Positions 26,911-32,000 of a stretch of DNA of 32,000 nt are shown here, in pieces. The notes beneath the pieces are model-generated. The model was not told where the DNA came from and made no database searches. It saw only the letters and a program-made list of their open reading frames with translations. Within the stretch, counting starts at the first letter, position 1. Each line of letters starts with the position of its first letter. Where the stretch lies: assembly GCA_016699205.1 (NCBI GenBank), contig CP064964.1:960001-992000 (forward strand), written 5' to 3'. This DNA comes from Candidatus Saccharimonadota bacterium (GTDB lineage: Bacteria > Patescibacteriota > Patescibacteriia > 2-12-FULL-60-25). The translations under genes and the position numbers were made by a program.

Positions 26911-28147
26911 AGGATGCGCGTGGATAGGTGAGCGGAATGCCGGTAAGGCGGGTGAGGGTTTTTGAAATAACGGCGCCCCAAGCGCCAAAGAGCGGGATCA
27001 GGATGACGTTGCTCGCGATTTGAAGCACGGTATTAACTCCATAGAACTGCCACAGCGCTTTTACGTTGTGATGTGCTTGGAAATAGTTGATGCCGACGAT
27101 GGATGCTAGTCCAAAAAGGCCGATAGCGTAAACGATTGAAGGTAGAACCTCATTTCCATATTGCGGGAATAGCAGCGGAATGGCGATCGGGGCGATCACG
27201 ACGTAAGACGCGATCATGAGTCCCGATAATCCGAGCATCGTCCAAAAATGCTTGCGTGTCTGTGCGAGCGTTTTTTGATTTTGTTCGCGTGTCGAGAAAC
27301 GGCGCAGCATCACGCCTCCGATCGCATTCACGAAATCCTTCATCTGCTCCGGAATCAGCGTTGCGATGCTGTAGTTGGCGAGCGTCCCGTATCCGGCAAG
27401 ACTTTGCAGCAGAATTTGGTCGAGCTGTGCGGCGAGTGCTTGGATGATGCCGATCGCGTTCAGGTGGTCGCCGAGTTTTACGTGTTCGTCGGCGGAGCCT
27501 TGTTTTGGCAATTTACGGATCTCATTCCAGGTGATGAAGCCGCGGAATAAAATATCGAGACCGAGATAGGCAAAGAAGACGGGGAGCAGTTCTTTGGTTT
27601 TCCAGATGACGAAAAAGAAACACATGGCAAAAATGGTGTTATTGATCACGGCGATTTTTGTCAGACGCTGGATGCGTTCTTGTCCTGTCAGAATCGATCC
27701 GTATAAACCGCAGATGGCGTAGACCGGAAAGAGCGCGCCGGAGAAGGCGAGGGCCATAGCGACATGCGTTTCACCCACATACCAGCGCTCGATCGCCGCG
27801 ATCAAGAGCACGAGCGAACCGAGCGGAGCGATCATGAGGATCCGTTTCATGCCGGCCCAAACAACGATCGTATCGCCTTTAGCAATTCCGCGAATAATTC
27901 CGGCGCTGACTCCACCGGCGGCAAACATTCCGGCAAGCGCAAACATGGCGAGGACATAGCGGAATTCACCCATGGTGTTTCTCGGCAACCAACGAGCCAT
28001 GAGAAATGTCGTCGCGACACCGCGTAGCACACCGCTCGCTTGTCCAAAGCCTAGCCAAACAAAAGACTTGCCGTAGAAGCGCACATCAAAGCCAAGGGCT
28101 TGTGTGACTCGGTCCAAAGCTTTGCTACTTGATTGACGCAGTTCCAT
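26873..28147 (-). CDS. MOP-superfamily polysaccharide flippase (Wzx/'polysaccharide biosynthesis protein' type)
   Basis: A polytopic protein of about 425 aa with the general pattern of Wzx/MurJ-type transporters. The start is taken at MELRQSSSKALDRV (28147). The listed start at 28288 would overlap the divergent methyltransferase. The 3' end overlaps asnB-2 by 38 nt. Confidence 0.7.
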   Translation of the reverse strand: MELRQSSSKALDRVTQALGFDVRFYGKSFVWLGFGQASGVLRGVATTFLMARWLPRNTMGEFRYVLAMFALAGMFAAGGVSAGIIRGIAKGDTIVVWAGMKRILMIAPLGSLVLLIAAIERWYVGETHVAMALAFSGALFPVYAICGLYGSILTGQERIQRLTKIAVINNTIFAMCFFFVIWKTKELLPVFFAYLGLDILFRGFITWNEIRKLPKQGSADEHVKLGDHLNAIGIIQALAAQLDQILLQSLAGYGTLANYSIATLIPEQMKDFVNAIGGVMLRRFSTREQNQKTLAQTRKHFWTMLGLSGLMIASYVVIAPIAIPLLFPQYGNEVLPSIVYAIGLFGLASIVGINYFQAHHNVKALWQFYGVNTVLQIASNVILIPLFGAWGAVISKTLTRLTGIPLTYPRASSRNTTDDTKASS

Positions 28148-28165
28148 GCGACAGGTAGCGTACCC

Positions 28166-28998
28166 ATGATCACTTTTTTGCGCCATATGGTAGAGAATAA
28201 GGACTTTTACGCCGAACATTCCGATCAGATTTGGGAAAAGCGTTTTGCGTCTCCGTTTCCTATCCGGAGATATGCACACACGACGCAATACGAGGCGATT
28301 TTAGCGCATGTGAAAGCCGGGAATCGGTTTTGGATTCCGGCTGCGGCGAGGGTGTTATTCCGATCATGCTTGCCAAACGTGGGATCGCGTCGACGGGAAG
28401 CGATTTATCACGGCCAAATATCGAACATGCCAATCAGTTGGCAAAATCACAAGGTGTAGAATCGCTCACGACCTTTCTGGAAGCTGATGCCGAACGTCTT
28501 CCGTTTGCCGACAGGTCGTTTGATGTTGTGATCAGCTCACATGTGCTCGAGCATCTGCCTGATTTTGATCAGGGGTTCCGCGAGCTGTGTCGTGTGGCTC
28601 GTAAGCGGGTTATCGTTGCTTTACCGACCGGCTTGAATGCTAGCGCTATGGCGCTTCTAGGTGGCGATCATGGATATTGGAAGCTCGGTAAGAAGTCCTT
28701 TGTTGCATTGCCGTGGGGATTTTTACGTGTATTATTTGGCGTTTTTGGTGAAGGGGTTCAGGAGGGCTATGCCGGACATGATGAATTGCCGCATATTTGG
28801 CGATACCCGTGGGTGATGCGCCGACGCTTGCAGCATCCTGAATGGAAGTTGGTTTCTTTTGAGGCGAGCACGCTTGTCATGCCGTATTTTAATTTCTTAT
28901 TGCCAGTCGCCAAGTTTTTGGATCGATATCGCTCTGCTCCGATTTTGCGTAATTTTGGGTACGGATCGATTGCGGTTTTTGAACGGATCGATTCTTGA
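28166..28998 (+). pseudogene. Class I SAM-dependent methyltransferase with one -1 frame break
   Basis: The N-terminus is in ORF 28133..28459 (ENKDFYAEHSDQIWEKRFASPFPIRRYAHTTQYEAILAHVKAGNR). The rest is in ORF 28231..28998 (LDSGCGEGVIPIMLAKRG..., LPFADRSFDVVISSHVLEHL). The break is at GG 28326-28327 or the T4 run 28328-28331. The start may be ATG 28166 or 28187. Confidence 0.7.
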
Positions 28999-29000
28999 TT

Positions 29001-30862
29001 ATGTGCGGACTTGCCGGCTTTGCCGGATCTGGGGATCGGCGGAGGCCTTACGCAAGATGGCGAAGGCCATCGAGCGGCGCGGGCCTGATGATGACGGTTT
29101 TTTTGAAGCGCCTGGAGTCGGATTTGGTTTTCGACGATTGAGTATTATCGATGTTGGTGGCGGTCATCAGCCTTTATCAAATGAAGATGGTAGCGTGCAG
29201 GTCATGTTGAATGGCGAGATTTATGGATTCCAGAGACTGCGCGATGCATTGTTAGCGGATGGTTATCGTTTCAAGACAAAGTCCGATACGGAAGTCATTG
29301 TGCATGCGTATGCCAAATGGGGAGATGCGTGTTTTGAAAAATTGGACGGCATGTTTGCGATTGCGATTTGGGATGCAAAGGAGCGGCGTCTTGTGATCGC
29401 GCGTGATCGGCTCGGGAAGAAGCCGATGTATTGGACGGTGAACAATAATACGATTTGGTTTGCATCAGAACTGAAAGCGTTGCTGGCTGCGCGCGTTGTT
29501 GAGAAAAAGATCGACCTCGTTTCTTTGGCTGCTTATTTCAGGAGCGATGCTGTGCCAACGCCGCGCTCCATGTTTGAGGGCGTTTCAAAATTGCCGCCAG
29601 CTTCTGCCATGTCATGGAAAGATGGAAGTATTGAAAAGACTTGGAAGTTTTGGAGCTGCCCGCAGGAAACGATCGACTAAAGAGATCCGGTTGCGGGATT
29701 GCGTGAACGGTTTGATCTTGCCGTGAAAGAGCGTTTGGTTTCCGATGTGCCGCTCGGATTATTTTTGTCCGGCGGACTTGATTCGACAGCGGTTGCGGAG
29801 AGCGCGAGTCGGCAATCTTCAACAAAACTCAAGGCATTTACTATTGGATTTGATGACAAGTCGCATGATGAGTCGGAGGCTGCGGCGTTGGTCGCAAAGT
29901 CGCTGGGGCTTGAGCACTATGTTGAAAAATTAACCGCGGAATCGGCTTTGTCGATGATGCATGAGGCGACAGAGATGTTGGATGAGCCTTTGGCGGATGC
30001 GGCCGTGCTGCCGCAATTATTGTTGTCTCGATTTGCGAGAAAACAGGTAACTGTTGCTTTGAGCGGTGATGGCGGTGATGAATTGCTTATTGGTTATCAG
30101 CATATTCCAGCACATCGAGTGGTTGAAGCATTGCCTGCGATTTCCCGTTTTGGATCGCGTGTCGCGCAAAAACTTCCGGCTGGAGGAGGGTATTTTAGTT
30201 TGGGATTTAAGGCGCAGCGATTTGCGCGGGGAGCATCCATTGAAAATCGTTTGGCGAGAGATTTGGCTTGGCGCGGCGCGGTAGACGCATCGACGTTGAA
30301 GCAGATTCTTGATTCGCGGGTTTTATTGAACGCTGATCCGGATTGGTCTGAGCGTTTGTTGACTGAGTATGCTGCTGAAGCTGGGAATGATTTTGATGGA
30401 TGGCGCGGATGGTCTTGGGCGTATCTCCGAAGTTTCCTGATGGATGAAGTTTTGGTGAAAGTGGATCGGGCGACGATGTGGTTTTCTCTCGAGTCTCGTG
30501 CGCCGCTGCTTGATCGACGCGTTGTTGAATATCTTCTCGCTTTGCCGACCAAGTACAAGACGGGTGCTTGGGGGAAGAAACGGCTGTTGCGTGAGCTTGT
30601 GAAGGGGCGCGTGCCGTCGGAGATACTTGATAAGCCAAAGCATGGTTTTGGTGTACCGGTAGCTGATTGGTTGCGAGGGCCGTTGAAATCGATGTTGTTG
30701 GAATTAACAGCGACGGATCGACTGCGTGAGCAGGGATTATTCCGACCAGAAGGTGTTGAACAGCTCGTGAGCGACCATATTTCCGGGAGAATTGATCGAA
30801 GAAAAGAGCTTTGGGCGATGCTTCAATTTCAGCTCTGGCATTCCAAATTCTTTCGTGATTAG
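29001..30862 (+). pseudogene. asnB: Asparagine synthase-family amidotransferase, paralog 3; 5'-proximal frame break plus an in-frame TAA at the interdomain linker
   Basis: ATG 29001 gives MCGLAGFAGSGD, and the frame is then lost around 29031-29044. It continues in ORF 28859..29680 (AEALRKMAKAIERRGPDDDG...NGEIYGF...SDTEV...). TAA 29678-29680 is in the same frame as the downstream ORF 29699..30862 (LRERFDLAVKERLVSDVPLGLFLSGGLDST...). Confidence 0.85.
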
Positions 30863-30872
30863 GTAGCGGCCT

Positions 30873-32000
30873 ATGATCAGGATTGCCATCATGGGTACAG
30901 GTATGGTGGGTGGAGCTCTTGAGCGCTATTTCCGTCTGCACGGTACCGTTCCGGGACTTTTTGACCCGCCAAAGGGTTTAACGGATGCATCGGTATTGGC
31001 TTTAGCCGATGTTATTTTTATCGCCGTTCCAACGCCGTATTATTTGGACGGGAGCGGGTTTGATGAAAGCTATTTGCGTTCCGCGATTGAAGCGATTCCG
31101 GTTCCGGGTAAGACTATTGTTTTGAAGTCGACGATTTTGCCAGGAACGACAGAGCGCATGCAGGCGGATTATCCGATGCATCGTTTCTTATTTAATCCGG
31201 AATTTTTGACAGAGACGACGGCGGATCGGGATATGCAGTTTCCAAATCGACAGATTGTCGGATACACGGCGGAGAGCCGGAAGGATGCGGAGCTCGTGAT
31301 GGGTATTCTTCCGCGAGCGACTTTTGAGAATATTATTCCATCGCGTGCCGCGGAAATGGTGAAGTATTTTGGCAATGCGTTTTACGCGCTGAAGGTTGCG
31401 TACGCCAACCAGATGTATGATCTTTGTGAAAAGATCGGTGTCGATTATGACTTGGTCAAGGAATGCGCCAAAGCCGAGCCGTGGATGGGCATGCATCACT
31501 GGGAGATATTCCATAAAGGTTATCGCGGGTATGGAGGAAAATGCCTGCCAAAGGACACACGCGCGATTGTCCAGCTCGGAAGCCGTGTCGGATCGGATCT
31601 GTCGATTTTAAAGCAAGCAGAAGATTATAATAATGCGATCTGCGCTGCCCAGGGTTTGAATATCCAGTGGGAAGAAGGCTCGCCCAAGAAGGGAATGATT
31701 CCGCCAACATTTATCAAGAAGAAGAAATACTTGGTGACAGGTGGAGCGGGATTTATCGGTTCAACGCTCGTTGATGCTCTAATCGCCGCTGGTCATGAAG
31801 TGCGCGTGATCGATAATTTGTCGACCGGAAAACGGGAGCGCGTGCATCCATCGGCGGAATTCGTTTTGGCAGACTTCACCGATTTGGAACAGATTCGCGA
31901 TCATTTTCAGGGTATCGATGGCGTATTCCATGTTGGAGCTTTGCCGCGTATTCCGTATTCCATCGAACATCCATTGCCGGCCGCGGAAGTGAATGTTATG
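30873..32000 (+). CDS. UDP-glucose/GDP-mannose dehydrogenase-family domain (lacking the usual C-terminal UDP-binding domain) fused in frame to an extended-SDR NAD-dependent epimerase/dehydratase domain; 3' end runs off the window
   Basis: This ORF is not in the supplied track because it has no stop inside the window. My hand translation from ATG 30873 is open to nt 32000. It reads MIRIAIMGTGMVGGAL, VIFIAVPTPY, KSTILPGTT, FNPEFLTE, AAEMVKYFGNAFYALKVAYANQMYDLC and GYGGKCLPKD (catalytic Cys), then ...KKKKYLVTGGAGFIGSTLVDALIAAGHEVRVIDNLSTG.... Confidence 0.8.
   Translation, partial: MIRIAIMGTGMVGGALERYFRLHGTVPGLFDPPKGLTDASVLALADVIFIAVPTPYYLDGSGFDESYLRSAIEAIPVPGKTIVLKSTILPGTTERMQADYPMHRFLFNPEFLTETTADRDMQFPNRQIVGYTAESRKDAELVMGILPRATFENIIPSRAAEMVKYFGNAFYALKVAYANQMYDLCEKIGVDYDLVKECAKAEPWMGMHHWEIFHKGYRGYGGKCLPKDTRAIVQLGSRVGSDLSILKQAEDYNNAICAAQGLNIQWEEGSPKKGMIPPTFIKKKKYLVTGGAGFIGSTLVDALIAAGHEVRVIDNLSTGKRERVHPSAEFVLADFTDLEQIRDHFQGIDGVFHVGALPRIPYSIEHPLPAAEVNVM

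Noticed and set aside
28148-28288. A 5' extension of the flippase ORF to the listed start at 28288.
   Set aside because: The extension (MRRVCISPDRKRRRKTLF...) is non-hydrophobic and basic, and it overlaps the divergent methyltransferase's 5' region. An internal Met at 28147 gives a typical flippase length. The true start remains uncertain.
30207-30941. A 244-aa minus-strand ORF, with neighbours 30097-30558 and 30323-30643, lying antisense to asnB-3.
   Set aside because: Its composition is low-complexity and rich in Ser, Pro, His and Gln, with no recognisable motifs. It lies entirely opposite a strongly AsnB-like + strand gene, so it is a typical shadow ORF.
31169-31970. Several 60-110-aa minus-strand ORFs listed in the last kilobase.
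   Set aside because: The + strand frame from 30873 is open to the window end and encodes clear UGDH and SDR motifs. The minus-strand ORFs are shadows. The + ORF is missing from the track only because it has no stop in the window.
1-32000. An alternative genetic code (UGA read as Gly or Trp) as the explanation for the interrupted genes.
   Set aside because: TGA ends many intact genes exactly at conserved ATGA coupling junctions. Most interruptions are frame shifts rather than in-frame TGAs, and the in-frame stops include TAG and TAA.
1-32000. CRISPR arrays, tandem repeats, IS elements, integrases, and tRNA or rRNA genes.
   Set aside because: I found no periodic repeat structure, no transposase- or integrase-like ORFs, and no non-coding gap large enough for a structured RNA gene. 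The largest gaps are ~110-120 nt, at 17248-17359 and 19151-19270.

Overview
The window is almost entirely coding (about 30 genes, mostly on the + strand, many joined by 4-nt ATGA/TTGA stop-start overlaps). It reads as one large surface-glycan biosynthesis and decoration island. I count 11 glycosyltransferase domains: 6 GT4, 3 GT2 and 2 membrane GT-C. There are also 8 class I SAM methyltransferases, 3 AsnB-type amidotransferase paralogs, 2 WecB-type UDP-GlcNAc 2-epimerase paralogs and a MOP/Wzx-type flippase. A further set resembles the WbpA/B/D/E/I route to 2,3-diacetamido uronic acids: a Gfo/Idh/MocA oxidoreductase, a DegT aminotransferase, a hexapeptide acetyltransferase and a UGDH-like dehydrogenase. 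I saw no rRNA, tRNA, CRISPR array, transposase or integrase. Three things stand out. (1) About 10 genes are broken by at least 17 lesions: indels at short homopolymers or after CG, two in-frame nonsense codons and one ~72-nt internal deletion. Both wecB copies and two of the three asnB copies are affected. (2) There are several unusual domain fusions: FemAB/GNAT-like with DegT-like, DegT with GT2, truncated UGDH with SDR epimerase/dehydratase, and possibly GT4 with GT4. (3) Base composition is a mosaic, including a GC-rich two-gene stretch with a strong terminator at its 3' end and a sharp GC drop inside the DegT-GT2 ORF. From sequence alone I cannot tell whether the lesions are assembly errors or real gene decay. 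The nonsense codons, the deletion and a stretch with all three frames blocked argue that at least some are real. All family assignments come from motif recognition by eye, not from searches.
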